Source: Candidatus Poribacteria bacterium
GTDB lineage: Bacteria; Poribacteria; WGA-4E; WGA-3G
DNA: 64,000 nucleotides
NCBI GenBank assembly: GCA_965261115.1
Contig: OZ253447.1
Location: 2,887,625 to 2,951,624 of the forward strand
Direction: 5' to 3'
Every line of letters starts with the position of its first letter. Position 1 is the stretch's first letter. Below, in pieces: positions 50,350-59,904 of this stretch. The notes under the pieces were generated by a model. It made no database searches and was not told the DNA's origin. It saw nothing but the letters and a program-made list of their open reading frames with translations. The position numbers and the translations under genes were made by a program.

Positions 50350-51642
50350 ATGAAAGTTGCTTATATTACCGCAGGTGCTGCTGGCATGTACTGCGGAACT
50401 TGTATCCACGACAATATGGTCGCCACTGTCCTAAAGAAGCAAGGTCATAATGTTTCACTGATCCCTACCTATACGCCCACCCGGACGGATGAAGCAAATG
50501 TCAGCATGAGTCGCGTCTTTTTCGGCGGTGTGAACGTCTATCTTCAGCAAAAACTCTCCATCTTTAGGCACACCCCATGGACATTCGACAAACTACTCGA
50601 CAATCCAGCGCTGTTGAATGGATTAGCAAGGTTCAGCGGCGCAACAGATGCCAGCGATCTCGGACAACTCACGGTCTCTATGCTCAGTGCTGAGCAAGGG
50701 TATCAACGGAAGGAATTAACGAAATTAGTCAAATGGCTTGCTGAGGAGAACAAACCCGATATCGTCTATCTCACCAACTCCATGTTAGTAGGCTTCACCA
50801 GAGAGATAAAAAAGGCGTTGGATGTACCAGTTATCTGCGCGCTTCAAGGCGAAGATATCTTCCTGCAAGATCTAATCGAACCCTACAAGACAGAAGCGTT
50901 AGCGCTCCTCCGAGAACGGGCAGTAGATGCAGACGGCTTCGTCGCACCATGTAACTACTACGCACAATTCATGGCAGACGCATATCTTGATGTCCCGCTT
51001 GATAAAATCCATATCGTCCCGCTCGGATTAAACGTAGACGGTCACGGCTTACCTGTCGAAAAACCTGAACCGCCACCTTTCATTATCGGCTATCTGGCGC
51101 GTATCTGCCCTGAAAAAGGGTTGCACATCTTAGTAGATGCTTTCCAGATAATCGCTGAAGCAATGGGCGCGAATAACGTTCAACTCCATGTCGCAGGATA
51201 CCTCGGAAAGAAAGATGAACCGTATTTAGAGGAACTCATTAATCAGATTCAGGCATCCGGTTTGTCAGAAAGTTTTGTGCATCACGGCGAGGTAACCCGT
51301 ACCGAAAAAATTGATTTCCTTAACCGTTTACATGTCTTCTCTGTTCCCACTGTTTACCGTGAATCCAAAGGTCTATCCATTATAGAGTCGCTTGCCAACG
51401 GTGTACCGGTTGTCCAACCTCAGCACGGCACGTTTCCAGAAATGATCAGCGCAACTGAAGGTGGAATCCTCGTGGCACCTGAATCGGCTGAGGCAGTAGC
51501 GATGGGCATCATGGAACTCCTTAACGATGCCGAGCAACGCGAACATCTCGGAAAAACCGGCAAAATGAATGTCCATCAAAAATTTAACGACACAGCCGTA
51601 GCAGAGCAACTCTTAAAAGTATTTGAAAAGTATACCGAATAG
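50350..51642 (+). CDS. Glycosyltransferase family 4 (GT-B, glycos_transf_1).
   Basis: 431 aa. C-terminal EGLSIIESLANGVPVV motif typical of GT4. Confidence 0.8.
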   Translation: MKVAYITAGAAGMYCGTCIHDNMVATVLKKQGHNVSLIPTYTPTRTDEANVSMSRVFFGGVNVYLQQKLSIFRHTPWTFDKLLDNPALLNGLARFSGATDASDLGQLTVSMLSAEQGYQRKELTKLVKWLAEENKPDIVYLTNSMLVGFTREIKKALDVPVICALQGEDIFLQDLIEPYKTEALALLRERAVDADGFVAPCNYYAQFMADAYLDVPLDKIHIVPLGLNVDGHGLPVEKPEPPPFIIGYLARICPEKGLHILVDAFQIIAEAMGANNVQLHVAGYLGKKDEPYLEELINQIQASGLSESFVHHGEVTRTEKIDFLNRLHVFSVPTVYRESKGLSIIESLANGVPVVQPQHGTFPEMISATEGGILVAPESAEAVAMGIMELLNDAEQREHLGKTGKMNVHQKFNDTAVAEQLLKVFEKYTE

Positions 51643-51850
51643 GACTTAGGCATTTGCTCTTAAAGTCCCCCTGATAAGGGGGATTTAGGGGGTTGTGGTA
51701 TTTATTTGAAAAGCGTACCGAACAGGACTTACGCATTAAAGTCCCCCTGATAAGGGGATTTAGGAGTGTTTTTGCTGGAGGTGTTTTGCTTGGGTATTTC
51801 TGCGGATTTCTTAAAAATACCGAAATTACTGCTTTTTGCGTAAGTCCTAC
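51643..51850. repeat. Family-A MITE-like repeat (copy 5, composite) bounded by AGGACTTAGGCA / TGCGTAAGTCCT.
   Basis: Two GTCCCCCTGATAAGGGG cores. TIRs seen directly. Confidence 0.65.
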
Positions 51851-51913
51851 CTAATATTCAACTATAGGCGCGCTTCGTCCGCGCGTTATCAGAAAATTAG
51901 AAAGGAATAGATC

Positions 51914-52399
51914 ATGTCTAAAATATGGCTAATTTTTGTTTTCATGACTGTCTCGGCATGGGGACTTTACGGGGTTTTTCTACATCAGGGACAGGGTGCT
52001 ATGGGAGACCTTAAGGTGGATCCGAATGTACGCTACAAAGCATTCCTCTTTGTGGGCATCGCCTACCTTCTTGCAGCAGTTATCGGTTCTGCATTAATGC
52101 TTATCCTTAATGGGTCCGACTGGCAATTTACAGCTGGAGGTGTCACTTGGTCGTTTGTTGCAGGGCTTGTCGGTGCTATTGGCGCGTTCGGCGTTCTGCT
52201 CGCCTTCGGCGCAGGGGGTAGACCCGCTGTTGTGATGTCTATCGTTTTCGCAGGCGCACCTATCGTAAATGCCATCGTCGCGACGCTCTCACATCCACCT
52301 GCCGGTGGATGGGGCGCAGTCCGATGGCAGTTTATAGCAGGCATCCTGCTCGCAGCACTCGGCGGTTGTTTGGTGATGCTTTATAGACCCACCTCATAG
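51914..52399 (+). CDS. Hypothetical integral membrane protein (about 5 TM helices).
   Basis: Hydrophobic helices throughout. 161 aa. Confidence 0.5.
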   Translation: MSKIWLIFVFMTVSAWGLYGVFLHQGQGAMGDLKVDPNVRYKAFLFVGIAYLLAAVIGSALMLILNGSDWQFTAGGVTWSFVAGLVGAIGAFGVLLAFGAGGRPAVVMSIVFAGAPIVNAIVATLSHPPAGGWGAVRWQFIAGILLAALGGCLVMLYRPTS

Positions 52400-52435
52400 C
52401 ACGTCGAAAAGCCGCCGTAAACTCCCTCTTTCGCT

Positions 52436-52573
52436 GGCGGGGTTTGCTGAGGTTTAATAAAATAAATCGGTAATCCCCAGGCCCGGTAGGTGCGGTTTGC
52501 TGAGGTTTAATAAAATAAATCGGTAATCCCCAGGCCCGGTAGGTGCGGTTTGGAACCGCACCGGGTCTTAGGC
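52436..52573. repeat. Tandem pair of a 58-bp unit ending in the family-B palindrome CCCGGTAGGTGCGGTTTG(G)AACCGCACCGGG.
   Basis: Direct duplication of GGTTTGCTGAGGTTTAATAAAATAAATCGGTAATCCCCAGGCCCGGTAGGTGCGGTTTG. Confidence 0.7.
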
Positions 52574-52818
52574 ACAAACACTGTGGTAACCTCATTGGAT
52601 ACTTTATGAAATTACCGAATTAAAAAAATAATCTTCATTAACCCCGCCAATTTTTGGGTGTATAAACAATTGTAGGTTCCACTATAGCGTATCTTGGAAA
52701 GGCGGCTGAATTTCCTATCCCCTGCCTCGCTCGATTCAATCGTTTTACAACAAAGTGCACTTTTTACTATCCTTTTCATGTGACATGTCTCTAATAAGCA
52801 AGAAGAGGGAGAATTGTC

Positions 52819-53403
52819 ATGCATTCTGAAGAATTGATTGACGCGAGTGATGCTGAACTGGTCGTCGTCGCACTTGCCGGTAATACACAGGCTTTTGATG
52901 TATTAGTGACCCGCTATCGACGGGCTATGTTGACTGTGGCACAACAGATTGTCCGAAATTCCGCAGACGCGGAAGATGTCGTACAGGATGCACTTTTGCG
53001 GGCTTTTGAGGCATTACCACAACTCTCAGATTTGAATCGGTTCGGCGCGTGGCTGCATTCAATTACCCGAAACCGTGCCTTGCGTTACTACAGAAATGCC
53101 AGTCGCTATCAACCCCAGGAGGATATGGAGCCACACCTCAATAGAGTCTCCGATACATCGGCGGCGGATCCCGCCCGCATTGTGGAAAGCGAATCGACGC
53201 AGCAGGCTGTTCGAGATGCTATTCAGAGCATGCCCGCAGACTATCAGGCAGTTATCGAACTCTATTACTGGGCAGAAATGCCCCAAAAACGGATGGCTGA
53301 ATTCCTTTCCCTGCCCCTCACGACTGTAAAATGGCGGCTTCGTAAGGCGAAAGAGATGCTAAAAGCAAATTTAGAAAAACTCGGCTACGGCGAAGATGTG
53401 TGA
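52819..53403 (+). CDS. ECF-subfamily RNA polymerase sigma-70 factor.
   Basis: Region 2 (DAEDVVQDALLRAF) and region 4 (ELYYWAEMPQKRMAEFLSLPLTTVKWRLRKAK). 194 aa. Confidence 0.85.
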   Translation: MHSEELIDASDAELVVVALAGNTQAFDVLVTRYRRAMLTVAQQIVRNSADAEDVVQDALLRAFEALPQLSDLNRFGAWLHSITRNRALRYYRNASRYQPQEDMEPHLNRVSDTSAADPARIVESESTQQAVRDAIQSMPADYQAVIELYYWAEMPQKRMAEFLSLPLTTVKWRLRKAKEMLKANLEKLGYGEDV

Positions 53404-53440
53404 CAAACTTTAGGAAACTTACTTATGAACCCATACGGAG

Positions 53441-54862
53441 GTGGATACCATGGAACAACACAGACAGGAGAGGCAGCAGGAACTCAGGGCACTTTTCCAC
53501 ATGTTGGACCACACCGCAAAGATCGCAGAGGATGCAGCCTTGACGGACACCCTTAGCGGCGGTGAAACGCGGTGCATCACCCAATTCAATAACACCCTCG
53601 CACGTTTAGCGGAACTCAACGCCGTGCCTGATGGACTTTTCGACGAACTCCAGCCTGAAGCGTCTTTTGGTCAAATCGGGATCGCCTGCCATCAACTCGC
53701 AGCTTACCTTAATGAAGGATTAGATACAACCAAGGATTCCAAGGGATGGTTCGCCAGCTTTTTCGGTGAACGCTTCATGGAACATCTAACGGAAGAGGCG
53801 ACAGATCAACCCCTCGGAGATATGATCCGACAAGCTGTGCCTGACTTCTTGACCGAGACAACATTAGAAGACATCGTCGAAACTTTTCCCGTTGCAGCCG
53901 GCGGAAAACTCACAATTGATGCTGACTGTGGCGAGATTGACGTGCAGAGCACAGAGGACGATACCGTCTCCGTCCGGATTCAACGCGCCGCCCAGATAAA
54001 AGCAAATCGGCGAGCAGCCGAAATCCTCAAGAATCTTGATGTTCAGATAGCGCATGAGGCATCCGATGTTAAAATTGAAGCGAAGTTCACAGGAAACGCA
54101 AAACGATGGCTGAAGCGGAAAAACGATCTTGATGTGCAGTTTGATATCCGCGTACCACGGCACTATAACCTTGATTTGCAAACTGCATCCGACGACATTG
54201 CCGTTGTGAATGTTACAGGAGACGTGAACGTGGAAACATTCAACGCAGGACTCCGTCTGCAAGAGATTACCGGTCGTATTGATGCGGTCACATCCGTTGG
54301 GAATATTGATCTCAAGGGGTTTAATGGAGATGCGGTGCTTCAAACGAAGGGTGGGAATATTACACTTGCAGCGGGTTTCGGCGATGTTAAAGCCAAAACC
54401 TCAGGTGGAAACGTACAGGCTGTTCAGGTCAGAGGTGCGGTTAATGGACAAACCTCCGGCGGCAATGTTACGCTACGCGAATGCAAAGGTGGCGCTGACC
54501 TGAAAACGGCTGGCGGGAGTATAGAGGTCGAAAATGACGGACCCGTCCTTGCGAAAACGAGTGGCGGTTCCATTCGCTGCCAACTTCAAAAGGCAGCCAC
54601 CAGTGAAAACTTACTGTTAGATTTGGAGACAATGGGCGGGAGCGTAAATGTCTCGCTTGTCCCTGATATTGCAGCGGCTGTCGAGGCAACAGTACTCGGT
54701 GGCTCAGTAACGACGGAATTCCCAGTAACTGTAGAAGCATCGGGTACGGTAAAACCTGATCGGTTACAAGGGACTATTAATGGCGGCGGTCCGCTCCTAA
54801 AACTCCGTGCCGTCGGTGGCAATATTATCCTTAGGAAGATGGATGATGAAACAGAGGAATAG
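53441..54862 (+). CDS. Putative anti-sigma factor / DUF4097 (putative-adhesin beta-helix) domain protein.
   Basis: Immediately downstream of the ECF sigma. N-terminal helical domain. Repeated GGN(I/V)T / SGGNV / GGSI strands typical of DUF4097. Confidence 0.65.
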   Translation: MDTMEQHRQERQQELRALFHMLDHTAKIAEDAALTDTLSGGETRCITQFNNTLARLAELNAVPDGLFDELQPEASFGQIGIACHQLAAYLNEGLDTTKDSKGWFASFFGERFMEHLTEEATDQPLGDMIRQAVPDFLTETTLEDIVETFPVAAGGKLTIDADCGEIDVQSTEDDTVSVRIQRAAQIKANRRAAEILKNLDVQIAHEASDVKIEAKFTGNAKRWLKRKNDLDVQFDIRVPRHYNLDLQTASDDIAVVNVTGDVNVETFNAGLRLQEITGRIDAVTSVGNIDLKGFNGDAVLQTKGGNITLAAGFGDVKAKTSGGNVQAVQVRGAVNGQTSGGNVTLRECKGGADLKTAGGSIEVENDGPVLAKTSGGSIRCQLQKAATSENLLLDLETMGGSVNVSLVPDIAAAVEATVLGGSVTTEFPVTVEASGTVKPDRLQGTINGGGPLLKLRAVGGNIILRKMDDETEE

Positions 54863-54863
54863 C

Positions 54864-55232
54864 ATGCTGGATAACAGGCGGAGCGAGTTGATGTTAGTCG
54901 GATTACTTGTGTGGTTCGTCCTGAGCGTAGGCATTTTTATTTCGCTTCTGATCCCCTTTGTCGTGCCGCAACACCAGTTAGCGCAGTTTATCCCCGAATG
55001 CGATTGGCAATCGCAATTGCACAAACCGTGTGCTTTTTGTGGGATGAGTACCGCATTCTACGCCATCTCGCGCGGCGATTTCGTCCAGGCACATCGTTTA
55101 AACCCGTTAAGCCTCTACATCTACTCTATTTTTTTCCTAAATACGTTCTTCGCAGTGATTACCTTAAAACCAAGCACACGTCTTGTTAAAAATATAACAG
55201 CGACGCTCCATCGCGACAGCGCGTTCTCATAA
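54864..55232 (+). CDS. DUF2752 membrane protein.
   Basis: CAFCGMSTAFYAISRGDF (CxxCG-TRA-like) motif. TM helices. Start ATG 54864 directly after the previous stop. Confidence 0.6.
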   Translation: MLDNRRSELMLVGLLVWFVLSVGIFISLLIPFVVPQHQLAQFIPECDWQSQLHKPCAFCGMSTAFYAISRGDFVQAHRLNPLSLYIYSIFFLNTFFAVITLKPSTRLVKNITATLHRDSAFS

Positions 55233-55233
55233 T

Positions 55234-55497
55234 TTGGAGATCATCATGGGTCTATTATCAATCTTCAGTTTGATTTGGGGGATATTGGCTACGCTTGGAT
55301 TGGCAGTTGCGTTCATTCCATGCTTCGGATCCCTCAATTACCTTAACATTCCATTCGCGGTGTTCGGTTTGCTTTTTAGCATCTTGGCTATCGTTTTATC
55401 ATCAAAAAAAGAACCCGCCATTGCCGGATTAATCCTTTGTGCCGTAGCCATTTTCTTAGGCGGCATCCGACTCGTCATAGGCTTCGGCATTTTCTAA
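55234..55497 (+). CDS. Small hypothetical membrane protein (3 TM).
   Basis: 87 aa, hydrophobic. Stop/start overlap with the upstream gene. Confidence 0.45.
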   Translation: MEIIMGLLSIFSLIWGILATLGLAVAFIPCFGSLNYLNIPFAVFGLLFSILAIVLSSKKEPAIAGLILCAVAIFLGGIRLVIGFGIF

Positions 55498-55540
55498 TAC
55501 CATTTCTAAAAGTTTATATCGCATTCACCGCACCTTTTAC

Positions 55541-55900
55541 ACAGATCCAGTAGGTGCGGTTTTGCTGCGTACCATAAGTGTCAATTTAAGAAAATAATAA
55601 CCTTGTTTTCCCAGGCCCGGTAGGTTCGGTTTCCTAACCGAACCGGATACGACGCGGAAACCTTGAAGATTTCAAAAAACCTCTTCAGTCCCGTAGGGGA
55701 CGGTATGTTTATAGCAGCGTTTTCAAGCAAAAACCCAAGCCCCGTAGGGGCGGCATGTTTATATCGGTGTTCCAAAATACTGTGAAACAATCTCTAAATT
55801 GACACCTATGGTGCGGTTTTGCTGCGTACTCGCCTGCCCCCTTGATAAGGGTGTGTTTTTGCTTGGGTATTTATGCGTATTCTTGTCACTCGCGATGCTT
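55541..55900. repeat. Composite repeat region: family-B/C hairpins (CAGTAGGTGCGGTTTTGCTGCGTAC twice, CCCGGTAGGTTCGGTTTCCTAACCGAACCGG, GTCCCGTAGGGGAC, GCCCCGTAGGGGC) plus a partial family-A tail (55836-55900).
   Basis: Collinear with 41712-41860 and 52436-52573 elements. Confidence 0.6.
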
Positions 55901-56018
55901 CCGCGAAAATGATCAAAAAACTGACAATTAAATGGCTCTAATTCAGCCTTAAACCCATTGATTTGTTCCCCCGCTTTATGCTATAATTCTCCTAACATTA
56001 CAAGCAAAGGATTCAGGT

Positions 56019-58466
56019 ATGGCAATAAAGAAATCACAACTCTACGCGTCGCTCTGGCAAAGCTGCGACGAACTCCGCGGCGGGATGGATGCATCACAAT
56101 ACAAAGACTATATCCTGACGCTGCTCTTCATGAAATACGTCTCCGATAAAGCGGAAAATGATCCCTACGCACTCATCACCGTTCCAGAAGGCGGTGGCTT
56201 CTCGGATATGGTGGCACTGATCGGGAACAGAGACATCGGCGAAAAAATTAACGTCATTATCGGGGCATTCGCGAAGGCAAACGATCTCAACGGTGTTATT
56301 GATCAGGCGGACTTTGATGACAGTAGTAAACTCGGCAGCGGTAAAGAGAAGCAGGACAGGCTCTCTAAACTCGTCGCTATTTTCAACGATCTCGACCTAA
56401 GCGCGAACCGAGCCGAAGGAGACGACCTCTTAGGCGATGCGTATGAATACCTCATGCGACACTTCGCTACGGAATCAGGGAAAAGCAAGGGACAGTTCTA
56501 CACACCTGCTGAAGTCTCCCGCATCATGGCGAAGGTCATCGGCATCGGACCCGGGACGCAACAGGATCAAACCATTTACGACCCTACCTGCGGTTCCGGC
56601 TCACTCCTGCTTAGGGCAACAGACGAGGCACCGCGGATCTATGGACAGGAAAAAGACAATGCCACCCATGCCCTTGCACGGATGAACATGATCCTCCACG
56701 ATAACATCACCGCTGACCTACGCCACGGCAACACACTCGCCGCACCCGATTTCACTGACGATGATCGCTTGAAAACCTTCGATTTTGCTGTCGCCAATCC
56801 ACCTTTCTCAGACAAAGCATGGACCAACGGGATCATCCCTGAAAATGATCCTTACAGCCGTTTTGAATACGGTGTCCCACCCGCCAAAAATGGCGATTAC
56901 GCCTTCCTGCTCCATTTCATTGCCTCGCTCAAGAGTAAAGGTAAAGGCGCGATTATTCTGCCGCACGGTGTCCTGTTCCGCGGCAATAGGGAAGCGGACA
57001 TCCGCACTGAACTCATCCGCCACCGCTATATTAAAGGCATCATCGGTCTGCCCGCAAACCTGTTCTACGGGACGGGGATCCCAGCGTGTATCCTCGTTAT
57101 CGACAAAGAGAACGCACACGTCCGAAACGGTATCTTTATGATTGACGCGAGCAACGGGTTCATCAAGGATGGAAACAAGAACCGGCTCCGCGCCCAAGAC
57201 ATCCACAAAATCGTTGTTGTCTTCAATGAACAGAGGGAATTACCGCGCTACTCACGTATGGTGCCAATTTCTGAAATCGCTGACCCCGCAAACGCCTATA
57301 ACCTCAATATCCCGCGCTATATCGATACCAGTGAACCCGAAGATTTACACGACCTCGGCGCACACCTCAACGGCGGCATCCCTGACACTGATATTGATGC
57401 ACTCAACGACTATTGGACGGTCTTCCCGACACTCCGTAATGCTCTATTTGAAGCTAACGGTAGACCGGGATACAGCGACCCGCTCGTGGAAACGCAACAC
57501 ATAAAAACGACAATCCTCACGCATCCGGAATTCAACGCTTATCAACAGCAGGTCTCGACAGTTTTTCACGGATGGCGCGAGACACACGAACAACGCCTGC
57601 TTGCTATTGATGTCGGCACGCCGCCGAGGGAAATCATCTGGACGTTATCGGACGATCTCCTCTCCCGTTTCAACGACCTGCAACTCTTGGATCGGTATGA
57701 TGTCTATCAGAAACTAATGGATTATTGGGACGAGGTGATGCAGGACGATGCCTATCTCATCGCGTCGGACGGGTGGGTCAAAGCCGCAAAACCTCGTGAA
57801 GTCATCCAAAGCAAACAGGTTAAAGAGACTCCCGATCTCGTCATCAAAAAGCGTAAATACAAGATGGACCTGATTCCACCGGCGTTGATCGTTGCACGCT
57901 ATTTCACCGATGAACAAGAAATTATCGAGATGTTGGCGGCACAGCAAGCGACCGCTGCGAGTGCGTTAGAAGAATACATTGAGGAACACACCGGTGAAGA
58001 CGGATTGCTCGCCGATGCTGTCAACGACAGTGGCAATATTACTGCCAGCAGTGTCAAGGAACGCCTCAAGGCACTTGCTCCCGATTTGACAACGCTTCAC
58101 GAGACACAGGACAACGATGACGAACAGAATGCGCTTGAACACTGCCTCTCCTTGCTTGATGCAAAGTCGAAAGCAGAGAAAGCCGTGAAGGATGTCCAAC
58201 TCGCGCTTGATGAACAGGTATTGGCGCATTATGCAACGCTCACCGAGACCGAAATCAAGGTGCTTGTGGTTGAAGATAAATGGTTCGCCAGTATTCACGC
58301 AGCGATTGACGGTGAAGTTCAGCGTTTGACGCAGGCACTCGCGGCGCGCGTTCAGGAATTGGAGGAACGCTATGCACAGCCATTATCAGAGTTAGCACAA
58401 GAGGTCGAGACGTTTAGTGCAAAGGTAGAAGCGCATCTGAGGAGAATGGGGGTTGATTCGGTATGA
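56019..58466 (+). CDS. hsdM: Type I restriction-modification system DNA methyltransferase subunit (N6-adenine), long form with a coiled-coil C-terminal extension.
   Basis: HsdM_N helical domain (YKDYILTLLFMKYVSDK). SAM motif I (DPTCGSGSLL). Motif IV ANPPFS. 815 aa. Confidence 0.88.
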   Translation: MAIKKSQLYASLWQSCDELRGGMDASQYKDYILTLLFMKYVSDKAENDPYALITVPEGGGFSDMVALIGNRDIGEKINVIIGAFAKANDLNGVIDQADFDDSSKLGSGKEKQDRLSKLVAIFNDLDLSANRAEGDDLLGDAYEYLMRHFATESGKSKGQFYTPAEVSRIMAKVIGIGPGTQQDQTIYDPTCGSGSLLLRATDEAPRIYGQEKDNATHALARMNMILHDNITADLRHGNTLAAPDFTDDDRLKTFDFAVANPPFSDKAWTNGIIPENDPYSRFEYGVPPAKNGDYAFLLHFIASLKSKGKGAIILPHGVLFRGNREADIRTELIRHRYIKGIIGLPANLFYGTGIPACILVIDKENAHVRNGIFMIDASNGFIKDGNKNRLRAQDIHKIVVVFNEQRELPRYSRMVPISEIADPANAYNLNIPRYIDTSEPEDLHDLGAHLNGGIPDTDIDALNDYWTVFPTLRNALFEANGRPGYSDPLVETQHIKTTILTHPEFNAYQQQVSTVFHGWRETHEQRLLAIDVGTPPREIIWTLSDDLLSRFNDLQLLDRYDVYQKLMDYWDEVMQDDAYLIASDGWVKAAKPREVIQSKQVKETPDLVIKKRKYKMDLIPPALIVARYFTDEQEIIEMLAAQQATAASALEEYIEEHTGEDGLLADAVNDSGNITASSVKERLKALAPDLTTLHETQDNDDEQNALEHCLSLLDAKSKAEKAVKDVQLALDEQVLAHYATLTETEIKVLVVEDKWFASIHAAIDGEVQRLTQALAARVQELEERYAQPLSELAQEVETFSAKVEAHLRRMGVDSV

Positions 58467-59692
58467 GTCAGAGGATGACAGGAGACACTTTTCCATCTGA
58501 GTGGCACTTGATGCAACTTGGGGATTTATTTGAGGCAAAGGCTGGCGGTGATATTGTTCAATCAAGATCTAATGATGTGCAAGATGATTGCTATCCATAT
58601 CCAATCTATGCGAACGGTCTTGAACAGCAAGGTCTTTATGGCTTCAGCAACTATGCCGAGGAACCAGCTGACTCAATCACTGTTACTGCAAGAGGGACTT
58701 TAGGAAAAGCTTTCTATAGGAACACCCCTTTTGTCGCTATTGGCAGACTTTTAGTCTTGAAGCCTAAGGTTTCACTTGACGCGCGCTTTTTTTGCGAGTA
58801 TATCAATTATGGTATCCACTTTGCTGTTGAGAGTACAGGAGTTCCTCAATTGACGGCTCCGCAAATCTCTCGCTATTGGCTGCCTGTTCCCACTGTACCA
58901 GAACAACGTGCCATTGCCGAGGCATTGTCAGATGTGGATGGGTTGCTCAACGCGTTGGAGGCACTCATCGCTAAAAAGCGAGCCATCAAGCAGGCCACGA
59001 TGCAGCAACTGCTAACCGGTAAAACGCGCCTGCCGGGGTTTAGCAGAACATGGGAAAAAACAGAGATGGGACACATTGGTTCAATCTACGGTGGCTTGTC
59101 TGGGAAAAGTAAAGTTGATTTTGAAGGTGGTAATGCACGTTATGTGACATTTCTGGGTGTTTTGGAGAATGTTATCCTTAATATACGCCACACCGAGCGT
59201 GTTCATGTTGGTCCTGGGGAATCACAGAATAGTGTTATGGAAGGCGATTTATTATTCAACGCTTCATCCGAAACTCCGGGGGATCTCGCAATAGGGGCAG
59301 TCATGGGGGAACAATTAGATAACTTGTATCTCAACAGTTTCTGTTTTGGCTTTCGAGTTCACGATGAAAATAAATATATGCCATTGTTCTTGGCTTATTT
59401 TTTCAGAGGATCTGTCGGACGTTCTATTATGAATGCACTTGCACAAGGTGCTACGCGATACAATGTGTCAAAGAGTCAATTTCTCTCACTTGAATTATCA
59501 ATTCCACCTTGTGACGAACAACACGCTATCGTCTCCGTTCTCTCTGATATGGATGCCGAGATTGCCGCATTGGAGCAGCGTCGAGACAAAACTCGCGCCA
59601 TCAAACAGGGGATGATGCAGCAGCTCCTCACGGGACGCGTGCGGTTGTCTGAATCGCGGATTATCGCGGATGACACGGATAACGCGGATTAG
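58463..59692 (+). CDS. hsdS: Type I R-M specificity subunit with two target-recognition domains.
   Basis: Central and distal conserved helices (LPVPTVPEQRAIAEALSDVDGLLNALE... and IPPCDEQHAIVSVLSDMDAEIAALEQRR...). Overlaps hsdM by 4 nt. Confidence 0.85.
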   Translation: MSQRMTGDTFPSEWHLMQLGDLFEAKAGGDIVQSRSNDVQDDCYPYPIYANGLEQQGLYGFSNYAEEPADSITVTARGTLGKAFYRNTPFVAIGRLLVLKPKVSLDARFFCEYINYGIHFAVESTGVPQLTAPQISRYWLPVPTVPEQRAIAEALSDVDGLLNALEALIAKKRAIKQATMQQLLTGKTRLPGFSRTWEKTEMGHIGSIYGGLSGKSKVDFEGGNARYVTFLGVLENVILNIRHTERVHVGPGESQNSVMEGDLLFNASSETPGDLAIGAVMGEQLDNLYLNSFCFGFRVHDENKYMPLFLAYFFRGSVGRSIMNALAQGATRYNVSKSQFLSLELSIPPCDEQHAIVSVLSDMDAEIAALEQRRDKTRAIKQGMMQQLLTGRVRLSESRIIADDTDNAD

Positions 59693-59727
59693 GGAGACTT
59701 GGTGTTTGTCGCGTTTTTTATCTGACA

Positions 59728-59870
59728 TTCTATAGACATAGCACTCCACTGGAGTGCAAGAAGGTCCGCAACCTATCTCTATAGACATATCACGCCTCTG
59801 GCGTGAGGAAATATCCACAACCTGTTTCTATAAACATATCACGCCTCTGGCGTGAGGAAGGGAAACCTCT
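59728..59870. repeat. Three short hairpin modules CTATAGACATA-[CACNCCNCTGGNGTG]-AGGAA spaced about 50 bp apart.
   Basis: CACTCCACTGGAGTG, CACGCCTCTGGCGTG x2, each preceded by TCTATA(G/A)ACATA. Confidence 0.6.
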
Positions 59871-59904
59871 GAACGGACATGTAACCTATAGGCGCGAAGT
59901 GTTG

